DNA of 48,934 nucleotides from a virus (Duplodnaviria; Heunggongvirae; Uroviricota; Caudoviricetes): IMG/VR virus record IMGVR_UViG_2531839665_000028; one strand, 5' to 3'. Shown piece by piece: positions 35,174 to 46,670 of this stretch (position 1 is its first letter; each line of letters starts with the position of its first letter). The notes under the pieces were generated by a model. It saw only the letters and a program-made list of their open reading frames with translations, ran no database searches and was not told where the DNA came from. The position numbers and the translations under genes were made by a program.

Positions 35174-35890
35174 ATGTCTGCTTTGTATGAACGCTCACAG
35201 CTGACGCAGGTGATGATTTCATCTGCCCCGGCGACTGCTGAAACTATGGATAAGGCGGAATATCTGCGCCTGGACTGCACCATCAAGGAAGTCCAGTTCA
35301 CCGCCGGTCAGAAACAGGATATTGATGTGACCACGCTCTGCTCCACAGAGCAGGAGAACATCAACGGTCTGGGGGCGTCGTCCGAGATTTCCATGTCGGG
35401 TAATTTTTATCTGAATCAGGCCCAGAACGCCCTGCGTGATGCCTATGACAATGACACGGTGTATGCGTTTAAGGTGCAGTTTCCGTCCGGTAAGGGCTTT
35501 AAGTTCCTGGCGGAAGTGCGTCAGCACACCTGGTCATCCGGTACCAACGGCGTGGTGGCTGCAACGTTTTCACTTCGCCTGAAGGGTAAACTGGTGTCCT
35601 ATGTGGTACCGCTGGCGTTTGTGAAAAATCTGGAGAAGACACTTACCGTGAATACCGGTGCGCTGCTGACAATGTCAGTCAGTGTCAACGGGGGAACGCC
35701 GCCTTATAAACACGCCTGGAAGAAGGATGGTCAGCCGGTAGAGGGACAGACTACTGACACTTTCAGTAAAGCCAATACGCAGTCAGGTGATAAGGGGGCT
35801 TATACCTGCGAGGTAACGGATTCTGCAGAACAGCCGCAGAGCATTACCTCTGATGCGTGTACAGTAACGGTTAATGGTGCGGGCGGATAA
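35174..35890 (+). CDS. Major tail protein with C-terminal Ig-like domain
   Basis: 238 aa from the ATG at 35174 (AGGAGG RBS); C-terminal ...TVNTGALLTMSVSVNGGTPPYKHAWKKDGQPVEGQTTDTFSK...GAYTCEVTD... is Ig-like. Confidence 0.7.
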   Translation: MSALYERSQLTQVMISSAPATAETMDKAEYLRLDCTIKEVQFTAGQKQDIDVTTLCSTEQENINGLGASSEISMSGNFYLNQAQNALRDAYDNDTVYAFKVQFPSGKGFKFLAEVRQHTWSSGTNGVVAATFSLRLKGKLVSYVVPLAFVKNLEKTLTVNTGALLTMSVSVNGGTPPYKHAWKKDGQPVEGQTTDTFSKANTQSGDKGAYTCEVTDSAEQPQSITSDACTVTVNGAGG

Positions 35891-35895
35891 GGCTT

Positions 35896-36270
35896 ATGGC
35901 AAAAGATCTGAAAACACTGGCGCTGGCCAGACTGTCGGGGTTCCGTCATAAAACGGTGAAGGTGCCGGAATGGAGAAATGTCAGCGTGGTGCTGCGGGAG
36001 CCTTCGGCAGAGGCCTGGTATCTGTGGCAGGAAGTGCTCAATGGTGATGGAGAGGATGACGATACCCTGTCGGTGGTGGCGAAAACCCGCCGTAACCTGG
36101 AAGCGGATGTGACGCTGTTCTGCGATGTCCTGTGTGATACTGACCTGCAACGGGTGTTCACTCCGGACGACCGTGAGCAGGTGCTGGCCGTCTATGGTCC
36201 GGTACATGCCCGGTTGCTGCGTCAGGCACTGGAACTGATCGCTGATGCAGAGTCGGCCAGAAAAAAGTAG
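35896..36270 (+). CDS. Tail assembly chaperone (lambda gpG-like)
   Basis: 124 aa, upstream of the tape measure gene; ends at the slippery AAAAAAG. Confidence 0.65.
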   Translation: MAKDLKTLALARLSGFRHKTVKVPEWRNVSVVLREPSAEAWYLWQEVLNGDGEDDDTLSVVAKTRRNLEADVTLFCDVLCDTDLQRVFTPDDREQVLAVYGPVHARLLRQALELIADAESARKK

Positions 36271-36575
36271 CCCGCCCGGAAATTCGCTTTCTGATGCGAC
36301 TTGCGCTCCGTCTGGGGCGCACCTTATCCGAACTGCGGCACAGCCTGAGTGCGAGCGAGGCGATGATGTGGATGGAGTTTGACAGGGTGTCCCCGCTGGG
36401 TGATGAGCGCGGGGATATCCGTAATGCACAGATCGTGAAAGCGGTTTTCGGGGCACAGGGGATGAATGTTGCACTGAAGGACGCCATGCTCTGCTGGGGC
36501 GAGGATGAGGATAAGCCGGAGGTGGATCCGTTTGCGGCGCTGGAAGACGCGCTGAGCTTTGCAGCACAGTCATGA
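35896..36575 (+). CDS. Tail assembly chaperone fusion (gpGT-like) made by programmed -1 frameshift
   Basis: Slippery heptamer A AAA AAG at 36261-36267, just before the gpG stop; the -1 frame continues as ...KKVARPEIRFLMRLALRLGRTLSELRHSL... to 36575. Confidence 0.55.
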
Positions 36576-36622
36576 ATGATGAGAACCGCTGAGGCGGTTT
36601 TTTTACGCCCGGAGAAAGGTGA

Positions 36623-39600
36623 ATGGCGACGTTACGTGAACTGATTATCAAAATTTCGGCAAATTCGCAGTCATTCCAGTCGGAGATCCAGCGGGCTTCC
36701 CGTATGGGCAGTGAATATTACCGGACCCTGCAGAATGGCGGGCGTCAGGCCGCTGCGGCAGCCCGGGAGCAGCGACGTGCCCTGGCAGAACTGAACAGCC
36801 AGTTGACGGAAATTCGCGGTTCTGCTGTCGGAATGGCTGGCGCATTTGCCGGTGCCTTTGCCACCGGACACCTGATTTCACTGGCGGATGAGTGGAGTTC
36901 CGTGAATGCCCGTCTGAAACAGGCGTCGCAGTCATCTGATGAATTTTCGTCATCACAGAAAGTGCTGATGGATATCAGCCAGCGGACAGGCACCGCATTT
37001 TCGGATAATGCGGCCCTGTTTGCCCGCTCAGCCGCCTCAATGCGTGAATATGGTTACAGTGCTGATGATGTGCTGAAGGTGACGGAGGCCATTTCGACAG
37101 GGCTGAAAATCTCCGGTGCCAGTACGGCAGAGGCGGGCTCGGTGATCACCCAGTTCAGTCAGGCGCTGGCGCAGGGTGTATTGCGTGGTGAGGAGTTTAA
37201 TTCGGTCAATGAAAGCGGAGACCGGATCGTACGTGCACTGGCTGCGGGTATGGGCGTGGCCCGTAAAGATCTGAAGGCAATGGCGGATGACGGAAAACTG
37301 ACAGCGGATAAAGTGGTCCCCGCGTTAATCAGCCAGCTGGGGATATTACGTGATGAATATGCGGCCATGCCGGAAACGGTTTCCAGTAGTATCACGAAGG
37401 TGGAAAACGCCTTTATGGCCTGGGTGGGCGGTGCGAATGAGGCCAGCGGGGTGACGAAAACGCTCTCCGGCGTGCTGAACGGTGTTGCCGGACAGATTGA
37501 TAATGTGGCAACAGCCGTGGGGGCACTGGTTGCCGTCGGGGGTGCCCGGTACTTTGGCAATATGGCCTCCGGAGCGATGTCTGCCACGGCAGGACTTGTG
37601 ACGGCTGCACGTAATGAAGTTGCACTGGCGGAAGCACAGTTCAGGGGAACGCAGATTGCCACGGCGCGGGCAAGAGCAGCCGTGTACCGTGCTCAGCAGG
37701 CCGTGGCGGCAGCCCGCGGGACGGAGATGCAGATTGCAGCAGAGGCCCGTCTGGCGGCCACACAGGAACGCCTGAACAGAAATATTGCTGCCAGAAGCGC
37801 CGCCCAGAATGCGCTGAACAGTACAACGGCGGTGGGCTCACGTCTGATGAGCGGTGCGCTGGGGCTGGTTGGTGGCGTACCCGGACTGGTGATGCTGGGG
37901 GCTGCAGCATGGTACACGCTGTACCAGAATCAGGAGCAGGCCAGGGAGTCTGCGCGCCAGTATGCACTGACGATAGATGAAATCGCGCATAAAACGCCGT
38001 CAATGTCTCTGCCTGAAGCCTCAGATAATGAAGGACGAACACGGGCGGCGCTGACAGAGCAGAACCGGCTGATTGATGAACAGGCCAGTCGGGTGAAATC
38101 CCTGCAGGAAAAAATCGCAGGATATCAGTATGTTCTGGCGAACCCGGGCTGGACGACCGGTGACGGATTCATGATAAACCATCTGACCTCGGTGAAGACC
38201 GTAACGGAAGGGCTTGCTCAGGCAACAGAGCAGCTTGCCGTTGAGCAGTCCCGTCTGGCACAGATGCAGGAAAAAGCGCAGTCCATTCAGGATGTGCTTG
38301 CCGGGCTGGAAGACCGTCGTGTGGCGTTAATTCGTCAGCAGGCGGCAGAGCAGAATAAGGTGTACCAGTCCATGCTGGTTATGAACGGTCAGCATACGGA
38401 ATTCAACCGTCTGCTGGGGCTGGGTAATGAACTGCTTCAGCAGCGGCAGGGACTGGTGAATGTGCCGTTACGGCTGCCACAGGCCACTCTGGATGATAAA
38501 CAGCAGAGTGCCCTGACAAAAACAGAGCGTGAGCTGGCCCTGTCCAGACTGAAAGGGGAAGAAAAAGAGCGTGTCCGGCTGGGGTATGCGGCGGATGACC
38601 TTGGTTTTGTGGGTGATTCGTATCAGGAGGCGAGACAGCGTTATATCAGTAATGCTCTGGAAGCCTGGCGTAATAACGAGGCGAACAAACCCAAATCCCG
38701 GGGTGGAAAATCAGAGACGGAAAAAGCGGAAGACAGTTTTTCCCGGCTACTGAAGCAGCAGAAAGAGCAACTGGCACTGGCGGGTCAGAATACAGAGCTG
38801 GCGAAGCTGAAGTACCAGACTGCGCAGGGCGAACTGAAAACCCTGACGGAGATGCAGAAGCAGGAACTGCTGCGTAACGCGGCCCTGATTGACCAGCAAA
38901 AAATCCGGGAACAGTTGCGATCCCGGGAAGAGACCCTGAAGAATGATAATGTGGCTGCGCGTGCATCAAATGAAGCCGAACTGCTGGGATACGGGCAGGG
39001 AGAACGAGCCAGGGAACGCATGCGGGAGTTGCAGCAGATCCGCGACAGCTTCCGCCAGAAGGATGCGGACCTTCAGTCTCAGTATCAGACCGGGGATATC
39101 AGTGAGGATTTTTACAGACAGGCACGGGCACAGAACGCGCAGTATCTGAGCGAACGCCTTAAGGACCAGGCAGCCTTTTATGCCGAATCGGATGCGCAGC
39201 GTGCGGACTGGCAGAAAGGCTTGCAGGAGGGGCTCAGTAACTGGGTGGACAATGCATCCGATTACGCTTCACAGGCAGCACAGCTTGCGACGGAGGGTAT
39301 CTCAGGGATGGTGAATAACATCACGGAGATGCTGAACGGAAACAAAGTGGAATGGCGCAACTGGGCCTCATCCGTACTGCAGGAAATCTCAAAAGTTCTT
39401 ATGAATGCGGCCATTGTCAACGGAATTAAGACGGCGGCAAACGGTATGTCCGGTGCGGGAGGATTTCTCGGCAGCATTGGTGACTGGCTGGGCGGGGCGG
39501 TGGCCAATGCAAAAGGCGGCGTGTATACCTCGGCAAACCTGAGTGCGTACAGCAACAGTATTGTGGATACGCCCACGTACTTTGCCTTTGCAAAAGGGGC

Positions 39601-39865
39601 CGGGCTGATGGGGGAGGCCGGACCTGAAGCCATTATGCCTCTGACGCGGGCGGCGGATGGCTCGCTGGGTGTACGCGCGGTGGGCAGTATGAACGGCAGT
39701 GCGGGTCTGGTGTATTCCCCGGTCTACCATATCGCCATTCAGAATGACGGGACTAATGGCCAGATAGGGCCGGAGGCGGCAGGCAGTCTTGTGCAGCTGA
39801 TTGACCAGCGGGTGCAGGCGGTGATGCTGTCCATGCGACGTGACGGAGGAATGCTGAGTGGCTGA
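36623..39865 (+). CDS. Tail tape measure protein
   Basis: 1080 aa, Ala/Gln-rich coiled-coil, located between the chaperones and gpM. Confidence 0.9.
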   Translation: MATLRELIIKISANSQSFQSEIQRASRMGSEYYRTLQNGGRQAAAAAREQRRALAELNSQLTEIRGSAVGMAGAFAGAFATGHLISLADEWSSVNARLKQASQSSDEFSSSQKVLMDISQRTGTAFSDNAALFARSAASMREYGYSADDVLKVTEAISTGLKISGASTAEAGSVITQFSQALAQGVLRGEEFNSVNESGDRIVRALAAGMGVARKDLKAMADDGKLTADKVVPALISQLGILRDEYAAMPETVSSSITKVENAFMAWVGGANEASGVTKTLSGVLNGVAGQIDNVATAVGALVAVGGARYFGNMASGAMSATAGLVTAARNEVALAEAQFRGTQIATARARAAVYRAQQAVAAARGTEMQIAAEARLAATQERLNRNIAARSAAQNALNSTTAVGSRLMSGALGLVGGVPGLVMLGAAAWYTLYQNQEQARESARQYALTIDEIAHKTPSMSLPEASDNEGRTRAALTEQNRLIDEQASRVKSLQEKIAGYQYVLANPGWTTGDGFMINHLTSVKTVTEGLAQATEQLAVEQSRLAQMQEKAQSIQDVLAGLEDRRVALIRQQAAEQNKVYQSMLVMNGQHTEFNRLLGLGNELLQQRQGLVNVPLRLPQATLDDKQQSALTKTERELALSRLKGEEKERVRLGYAADDLGFVGDSYQEARQRYISNALEAWRNNEANKPKSRGGKSETEKAEDSFSRLLKQQKEQLALAGQNTELAKLKYQTAQGELKTLTEMQKQELLRNAALIDQQKIREQLRSREETLKNDNVAARASNEAELLGYGQGERARERMRELQQIRDSFRQKDADLQSQYQTGDISEDFYRQARAQNAQYLSERLKDQAAFYAESDAQRADWQKGLQEGLSNWVDNASDYASQAAQLATEGISGMVNNITEMLNGNKVEWRNWASSVLQEISKVLMNAAIVNGIKTAANGMSGAGGFLGSIGDWLGGAVANAKGGVYTSANLSAYSNSIVDTPTYFAFAKGAGLMGEAGPEAIMPLTRAADGSLGVRAVGSMNGSAGLVYSPVYHIAIQNDGTNGQIGPEAAGSLVQLIDQRVQAVMLSMRRDGGMLSG

Positions 39866-40199
39866 GATAAAAACGCTGCATCTGGTCCCGCGTGAAGGGA
39901 TGCAGGTGAGTGAGAAACCGTCGGTGGTGAGGGTGCGGTTTGGTGACGGTTATGAACAGCGCCGCCCCACAGGGCTGAATCCTCAACTGAAGACGTTTCA
40001 GGCGGTGTTCCGGGTGACGGATGAGTCAACCCGGCGCTGGCTGGAAGAGTTTTTATCGTGGCATGGTGGTTACCGTGCCTTTTTGTGGCGACCGCCGAAA
40101 CATAACCGGACGGTGAGGGTTGTGTGCCGTGAGTGGAGTGTCACGGATAATGCCCGGTACAGTGATTTCAGTTGCACGATAGAGCAGGTGGTGAACTGA
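39858..40199 (+). CDS. Minor tail protein M
   Basis: 113 aa; closely resembles lambda gpM. Confidence 0.85.
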   Translation: MAEIKTLHLVPREGMQVSEKPSVVRVRFGDGYEQRRPTGLNPQLKTFQAVFRVTDESTRRWLEEFLSWHGGYRAFLWRPPKHNRTVRVVCREWSVTDNARYSDFSCTIEQVVN

Positions 40200-40897
40200 T
40201 GCAGGATATTCACGGGGAAAGCCTGATCGAGTCGGTTAAATCGGAGCAGTCACCGCGGGTGGTGCTCTGGGAAATCGACCTGACGGTGCAGGGTGGTGAG
40301 CGGTATTTTTTCTGTAATGAGCTGAATGAAAAAGGGGAGGCGGTCACCTGGCAGGGGCGGCAATATCAGGTATACCCGATTGACGGCAGTGGCTTTGAGA
40401 TGAACGGGAAGGGCAGCAGTGCCCGCCCGTCGCTGACGGTGTCGAATCTGTTCGGTCTGGTCACCGGAATGGCGGAGGACCTGCAGAGCCTGGTGGGGGC
40501 CACGGTGGTCCGCCGCCGGGTGTATGCCCGTTTTCTGGATGCGGTGAATTTTGTGGCGGGCAATCCGGAAGCGGACCCGGAGCAGGAGCTGAGCGACCGC
40601 TGGGTGGTGGAGCAGATGTCAGAGCTGACGGCCATGACAGCCTCGTTTGTGCTGGCAACACCGACGGAGACGGACGGAGCACTGTTTCCCGGTCGCATCA
40701 TGCTGGCGAACACCTGTATGTGGGATTACCGCTCAGATGAATGCGGGTATAACGGTCCTGCGGTGGCGGATGAGTTCGATAAACCCACCACCGATATCCG
40801 TAAGGACAGATGCAGCAAGTGCATGCGCGGGTGTGAGATGCGCGGCATGGTGGCTAATTTTGGCGGTTTCCTTTCCATCAATAAACTTTCGCAGTAA
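40199..40897 (+). CDS. Minor tail protein L
   Basis: 232 aa from the ATG at 40199 (MQDIHGESLIESVKSEQSPR...); lambda gpL-like. Confidence 0.85.
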   Translation: MQDIHGESLIESVKSEQSPRVVLWEIDLTVQGGERYFFCNELNEKGEAVTWQGRQYQVYPIDGSGFEMNGKGSSARPSLTVSNLFGLVTGMAEDLQSLVGATVVRRRVYARFLDAVNFVAGNPEADPEQELSDRWVVEQMSELTAMTASFVLATPTETDGALFPGRIMLANTCMWDYRSDECGYNGPAVADEFDKPTTDIRKDRCSKCMRGCEMRGMVANFGGFLSINKLSQ

Positions 40898-40902
40898 ATC
40901 CA

Positions 40903-41646
40903 ATGACACAGACAGAATCAGCGATTCTGGCGCATGCCCGGCGGTGTGCGCCTGCGGAGTCGTGCGGCTTCGTGGTGAGAACGCCGGAGGGGGAGCGGTA
41001 TATCCCTTGTGTGAATATCTCTGCAGAGCCGGAGGCGTATTTTCGTATTGCACCGGAAGACTGGCTGCGGGCAGAGATGCAGGGGGAGATTGTGGCACTG
41101 GTCCACAGCCATCCCGGTGGCCTGCCCTGGCTGAGCGAGGCCGACCGGCGGCTGCAGATAAAAAGTGCACTGTCCTGGTGGCTGGTCTGCCGGGGGGAAA
41201 TTCATAAATTCCGCTGTGTGCCACATCTGACAGGACGGCGCTTTGAGCACGGGGTGACGGACTGTTACACGCTGTTCCGGGATGCCTACCATCTGGCGGG
41301 AATTGATATGCCGGATTTTGAGCGTGAGGATGACTGGTGGCGTAACGGTCAGAACCTTTACCTGGACAATATGGCGGTCACCGGCTTTTACCGGGTGCCC
41401 CTGTCCTCTGCACAGGCGGGCGATATCCTGCTGTGCTGCTTTGGCGCATCGGTGGCCAATCATGCCGCCATTTACTGCGGCAACGGTGAACTGCTTCACC
41501 ATCTGCCTGAACAACTGAGTAAACGGGAGAGGTATTCCGAAAAATGGCAACGACGAACGCATTCTGTCTGGCGTCACCGCCACTGGCACGTATCTGCCTT
41601 CACGGGGATTTGCAACGATTTGGCCGCCGCCTCAGCCTGTATGTGA
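40903..41646 (+). CDS. Tail assembly protein K (NlpC/P60 + JAB/MPN)
   Basis: MTQTESAILAHARRCAPAESCGFVV...HSHPGG... closely resembles lambda gpK. Confidence 0.85.
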   Translation: MTQTESAILAHARRCAPAESCGFVVRTPEGERYIPCVNISAEPEAYFRIAPEDWLRAEMQGEIVALVHSHPGGLPWLSEADRRLQIKSALSWWLVCRGEIHKFRCVPHLTGRRFEHGVTDCYTLFRDAYHLAGIDMPDFEREDDWWRNGQNLYLDNMAVTGFYRVPLSSAQAGDILLCCFGASVANHAAIYCGNGELLHHLPEQLSKRERYSEKWQRRTHSVWRHRHWHVSAFTGICNDLAAASACM

Positions 41647-42224
41647 ACACGGCAGCGGAAGCCATCCGGGCGCTGTCGTTACAGGTGCCGGGATTCCGCC
41701 GTCAGATGAACGAAGGCTGGTACCAGATACGTATTCGCGGTGAGGACACGGCACCGGAGGCGGTGTACGCCCGTCTTCACGAACCTCTGGGTGAGGGAAC
41801 GGTCATCCATATTGTGCCGCGACTGGCCGGGGCCGGAAAGGGTGGACTGCAGATTGTGCTGGGGGCGGCAGCCATCGTGGGGTCGTTCTTCACGGCCGGG
41901 GCATCAATGGCGTTATGGGGTTCAGCCCTGGCAGCCGGTGGTTTTTCTGCCACCACGATGCTGTTTTCACTGGGGGCCAGCATGATTCTGGGTGGTGTGG
42001 CCCAGATGCTGGCCCCGAAGGCAAAAACACCGGATTACCGCGCAACGGATAACGGCAGACAGAACACGTATTTTTCCTCACTGGACAACATGATTGCTCA
42101 GGGGAACCCGATGCCGGTGCCTTACGGTGAAATGCTGGTTGGCTCACGGCGAATCTCCCAGGACATCAGTACCCGTGATGAAGGCGGTGACGGGAAGGTG
42201 GTGGTTATCGGGCGGCAGGCATAA
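41544..42224 (+). CDS. Tail assembly protein I
   Basis: ...ARICLHGDLQRFGRR...GVAQMLAPKAKTP...NTYFSSLDNM... resembles lambda gpI; overlaps the end of gpK. Confidence 0.8.
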   Translation: MATTNAFCLASPPLARICLHGDLQRFGRRLSLYVNTAAEAIRALSLQVPGFRRQMNEGWYQIRIRGEDTAPEAVYARLHEPLGEGTVIHIVPRLAGAGKGGLQIVLGAAAIVGSFFTAGASMALWGSALAAGGFSATTMLFSLGASMILGGVAQMLAPKAKTPDYRATDNGRQNTYFSSLDNMIAQGNPMPVPYGEMLVGSRRISQDISTRDEGGDGKVVVIGRQA

Positions 42225-42469
42225 AAGCGAAAAAATCCCGCAGTGACCGAAGGCTGCGGGAACAGAAAATGAAGATTAACCACAGGGGGTTTTGTTTTTA
42301 TTGGCCCGAAAAAACTGTAACGCCCGGGAATGATATCTGCCACGGGGGCGTACAGAAAATGTGAAGAAATTCAGAAATTTTATTCCGTCATGACACAGGC
42401 ACCCTCCGGGGGGCCTGTCGTTTTTGGGGCATAAACAGATTCAGACATCAGACAGGAGAGGGGGACCGA

Positions 42470-45400
42470 GTGGGTAAAGGTGGCGGCAGGGCACACACGC
42501 CGGTTGAGGCAAAGGACAATCTTAAGTCCACGCAGATGATGAGCGTGATTGATGCCATTGGTGAAGGGCCGATTGAAGGTCCGGTGAAGGGGCTGCAGAG
42601 TATCCTGGTGAACAAAACCCCGCTGACGGACACGGACGGTAATCCTGTGATACATGGTGTGACAGCGGTCTGGCGCGCCGGGGAGCAGGAGCAGACACCA
42701 CCTGAAGGCTTTGAGTCCTCCGGGGCGGAAACCGCACTGGGCGTGGAAGTGACGAAGGCAAAGCCGGTGACGCGCACCATTACATCCGCGAACATTGACC
42801 GCCTGCGGGTCACCTTCGGGGTGCAGTCACTGGTGCAGACCACGTCAAAGGGTGACCGAAACCCGACATCCGTCCGCCTGCTGATTCAGTTACAGCGTAA
42901 CGGTAACTGGGTGACGGAAAAGGATGTCACCATTAACGGCAAGACCACCTCGCAGTTTCTGGCGTCGGTGATTCTGGATAATCTGCCTGAGCGGCCCTTT
43001 AACATCCGGATGGTCCGGGAGACAGCGGACAGCACCTCGGACCAGCTGCAGAATAAGACGCTCTGGTCGTCATACACCGAAATCATCGATGTGAAACAGT
43101 GCTACCCGAACACGGCGATTGTGGGGCTGCAGGTGGATGCGGAGCAGTTTGGCGGTCAGCAGATGACGGTGAACTACCATATCCGCGGTCGCATCATCCA
43201 GGTACCGTCAAACTATGACCCGGAAAAACGCACGTACAGCGGCATCTGGGACGGCAGCCTGAAACCGGCATACAGCAACAACCCGGCCTGGTGCCTGTGG
43301 GACATGCTGACTCACCCGCGCTACGGCATGGGAAAACGCCTGGGGGCCGCGGATGTTGACAAGTGGGCGCTGTATGCCATTGCGCAGTACTGCGACCAGA
43401 CGGTCCCGGATGGTTTCGGGGGCACAGAGCCGCGGATGACCTTTAATGCGTACCTGTCACAACAGCGTAAGGCGTGGGACGTTCTCAGTGATTTCTGCTC
43501 GGCGATGCGCTGTATGCCGGTATGGAACGGCCAGACGCTGACGTTCGTTCAGGACCGCCCGTCGGATGTGGTGTGGCCGTACACCAACAGCGATGTGGTG
43601 GTGGATGATAACGGCGTGGGGTTTCGCTACAGCTTCAGCGCCCTGAAGGACCGCCACACGGCGGTGGAGGTGAATTACACCGACCCGCAGAACGGCTGGC
43701 AGACCTCCACGGAACTGGTGGAAGACCCGGAAGCCATACTGCGCTACGGGCGCAACCTGCTGAAGATGGATGCGTTCGGCTGCACCAGTCGCGGTCAGGC
43801 CCACCGTGCCGGGCTGTGGGTGATAAAGACCGGACTGCTGGAAACGCAGACGGTGGATTTCACGCTCGGGTCACAGGGGCTGCGTCACACACCCGGTGAC
43901 ATTATTGAAATCTGTGATAACGACTATGCCGGGACCATGACCGGCGGACGCATCCTGTCCATTGATGCCGCCAGCCGCACCCTGACACTGGACCGTGAGG
44001 TGACCCTGCCGGAGACAGGTACTTCGACGGTGAACCTGATTAACGGCAGCGGTAAGCCGGTGAGTGTGACCATCACTGCACACCCCGCGCCGGACCGGAT
44101 ACAGGTCAGCGCTCTGCCGGATGGCGTGGAGGCATACGGTGTGTGGGGACTCTCCCTGCCGTCACTGCGTCGTCGCCTGTTCCGGTGTGTCTCCATCCGG
44201 GAAAACACGGACGGCACCTTTGCCATCACGGCGGTGCAGCATGTGCCGGAAAAAGAAGCCATTGTGGATAACGGGGCCAGCTTTGAGCCGCAGTCAGGCA
44301 CCCTGAACAGCGTCATCCCACCGGCAGTGCAGCACCTTACGGTGGAGGTGAGCGCCGCTGACGGCCAGTATCTGGCGCTGGCGAAATGGGACACGCCGCG
44401 GGTGGTGAAGGGCGTGCGCTTCAGTCTGCGCCTGACCAGCGGAAGCGGAGAAGACAGCCGTCTGGTGACCACCGCTATCACTGCCGACACGGAGCACCGT
44501 TTCAGTGGCCTGCCACTGGGGGAATACACCCTGACGGTCAGGGCGATTAACAGCTATGGCCAGCAGGGCGAACCGGCCACCACCACCTTCCGGATTAACG
44601 CGCCAGCAAAACCCGCCACCATTGAACTGACACCGGGCTATTTTCAGATAACGGCGGTCCCGCGTCTTGCGGTGTATGACCCGACGGTACAGTTTGAGTT
44701 CTGGTTTTCGGAGACAAAAATCGCAGACATATCTCAGGTGGAAACCTCTGCCCGTTATCTGGGGACCGGCAGTCAGTGGAGTGTATCCGGCCCGCACATT
44801 AAGCCCGGGAAGGATTTCTGGTTTTACGTGCGCAGCGTCAACCTGGTGGGGAAATCTGCGTTTGTGGAAGTCAGCGGGCAGCCCAGCAATGATGGTGAAG
44901 GGTATCTGGAATTTTTCCGGGAAAAAATAGGAAAACTGCATCTGGCTCAGGGGCTATGGGAGCTGATAGACAACAGCCAGCTTGCGGATGAGATGGCGGA
45001 GATGAAGACCACCATCACCGAAACCCGCAATGAAATCACACAGACGGTCAGTAAAACGCTGGAAGACCAGAGCGCCACCATTCAGCAGATACAGCGCGTG
45101 CAGAAGGACACAAATGATGACCTGGCTGCGCTGTACATGCTGAAGGTTCAAAAAACGAAAGACGGCATTCCCTATGTGGCCGGTATTGGAGCAGGGATTG
45201 AGGATACTGATGGCCAGCCACTGAGCAACATACTGCTGCTGGCTGACCGTATCGCGATGATAAATCCGGAGAGCGGCAACAGCACTCCGTTATTTGTGGC
45301 GCAGGGGAATCAGTTGTTCATGAACGACGTGTTCCTGAAGCGACTGTTTGCGGTGAGCATCACGTCATCCGGCAACCCCCCGACGTTTTCCCTGACGCCG

Positions 45401-45946
45401 GACGGGCGACTGACGGCGAAAAATGCGGATATCAGTGGCAGTGTGAAAGCGAACTCAGGGACGCTCAACAACGTCACGATTAATGAGAACTGTCAGATTA
45501 AGGGGAAACTGTCAGCCAATCAGATTGAAGGCGATATTGTCAAAACGGTCAGCAAGTCTTTCCCCCGCACGAACAGTTATGCCAGTGGCACCATCACGGT
45601 AAGAATCAGTGATGATCAGAAATTTGACCGGCAGGTCATGATACCGCCAGTGTTATTCCGCGGTGGTAAGCATGAGAATTTCAACAGTAATAACCAACAG
45701 TCATACTGGTATTCAACCTGCCGGTTAAGAGTGACCCGCAATGGTCAGGAGATTTTTAATCAGTCCACGACGGATGCTCAGGGCGTATTTTCCTCAGTTA
45801 TAGATATGCCTGCCGGACAGGGGACGCTGACACTGACATTCACCGTATCTTCATCAGGAGCGAATAACTGGACACCAACAACCAGTATCAGCGATCTGCT
45901 GGTTGTGGTGATGAAAAAATCCACAGCAGGTATCAGTATCAGCTGA
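42470..45946 (+). CDS. Central tail fibre / host specificity protein J
   Basis: 1158 aa; N-terminal 900 residues closely resemble lambda gpJ; the C-terminal receptor-binding region is divergent. Confidence 0.9.
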   Translation: MGKGGGRAHTPVEAKDNLKSTQMMSVIDAIGEGPIEGPVKGLQSILVNKTPLTDTDGNPVIHGVTAVWRAGEQEQTPPEGFESSGAETALGVEVTKAKPVTRTITSANIDRLRVTFGVQSLVQTTSKGDRNPTSVRLLIQLQRNGNWVTEKDVTINGKTTSQFLASVILDNLPERPFNIRMVRETADSTSDQLQNKTLWSSYTEIIDVKQCYPNTAIVGLQVDAEQFGGQQMTVNYHIRGRIIQVPSNYDPEKRTYSGIWDGSLKPAYSNNPAWCLWDMLTHPRYGMGKRLGAADVDKWALYAIAQYCDQTVPDGFGGTEPRMTFNAYLSQQRKAWDVLSDFCSAMRCMPVWNGQTLTFVQDRPSDVVWPYTNSDVVVDDNGVGFRYSFSALKDRHTAVEVNYTDPQNGWQTSTELVEDPEAILRYGRNLLKMDAFGCTSRGQAHRAGLWVIKTGLLETQTVDFTLGSQGLRHTPGDIIEICDNDYAGTMTGGRILSIDAASRTLTLDREVTLPETGTSTVNLINGSGKPVSVTITAHPAPDRIQVSALPDGVEAYGVWGLSLPSLRRRLFRCVSIRENTDGTFAITAVQHVPEKEAIVDNGASFEPQSGTLNSVIPPAVQHLTVEVSAADGQYLALAKWDTPRVVKGVRFSLRLTSGSGEDSRLVTTAITADTEHRFSGLPLGEYTLTVRAINSYGQQGEPATTTFRINAPAKPATIELTPGYFQITAVPRLAVYDPTVQFEFWFSETKIADISQVETSARYLGTGSQWSVSGPHIKPGKDFWFYVRSVNLVGKSAFVEVSGQPSNDGEGYLEFFREKIGKLHLAQGLWELIDNSQLADEMAEMKTTITETRNEITQTVSKTLEDQSATIQQIQRVQKDTNDDLAALYMLKVQKTKDGIPYVAGIGAGIEDTDGQPLSNILLLADRIAMINPESGNSTPLFVAQGNQLFMNDVFLKRLFAVSITSSGNPPTFSLTPDGRLTAKNADISGSVKANSGTLNNVTINENCQIKGKLSANQIEGDIVKTVSKSFPRTNSYASGTITVRISDDQKFDRQVMIPPVLFRGGKHENFNSNNQQSYWYSTCRLRVTRNGQEIFNQSTTDAQGVFSSVIDMPAGQGTLTLTFTVSSSGANNWTPTTSISDLLVVVMKKSTAGISIS

Positions 45947-46012
45947 ATTTTATAACCCATAACGGGCGTCAGAAATGACGCCTTTTTTATTGCAGAAAAG
46001 CGAGAGGTAATT

Positions 46013-46612
46013 ATGCGTAAACTTTATGCCGCCATTTTGTCCGCAGCCATCTGTCTGGCCGTATCCGGTGCGCCTGCATGGGCGTCTGAACATCAGTCCA
46101 CGCTGAGCGCGGGCTATCTTCATGCCTCGACGAACGTTTCCGGCAGCGATGATCTGAACGGGATTAACGTGAAATACCGTTATGAGTTTACGGACACGCT
46201 GGGAATGGTGACGTCATTCAGCTATGCAGGAGACAAGAATCGCCAGCTTACCCGTTACAGCGATACCCGCTGGCATGAAGATTCCGTGCGTAACCGCTGG
46301 TTCAGCGTGATGGTGGGGCCGTCTGTGCGCGTGAATGAATGGTTCAGCGCGTATGCGATGGCGGGTGTGGCTTACAGCCGTGTGTCGACTTTCTCCGGGG
46401 ATTATCTCCGCGTAACTGACAACAAGGGGAAAACGCACGACGTGCTGACCGGAAGTGATGACGGTCGCCACAGCAACACGTCTCTGGCGTGGGGAGCTGG
46501 CGTGCAGTTTAACCCGACCGAATCCGTGGCCATTGATATTGCTTATGAAGGCTCCGGCAGTGGCGACTGGCGCACTGACGGTTTCATCGTGGGTGTCGGT
46601 TATAAGTTCTGA
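46013..46612 (+). CDS. lom: Lom-like outer membrane protein (Ail/Lom family)
   Basis: 199 aa; signal peptide and beta-barrel pattern ending ...GVGYKF. Confidence 0.85.
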
Positions 46613-46670
46613 TTAGCCAGGTAACACAGTGTTATGACAGCCCGCCGGTTCAGGCGGGCTTTTTTGTGGG

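Noticed and set aside
37159-39730. Antisense and alternate-frame ORFs inside the tape measure gene
   Set aside because: Same reasoning: Ala/Pro/Arg-rich translations typical of out-of-frame GC-rich sequence.
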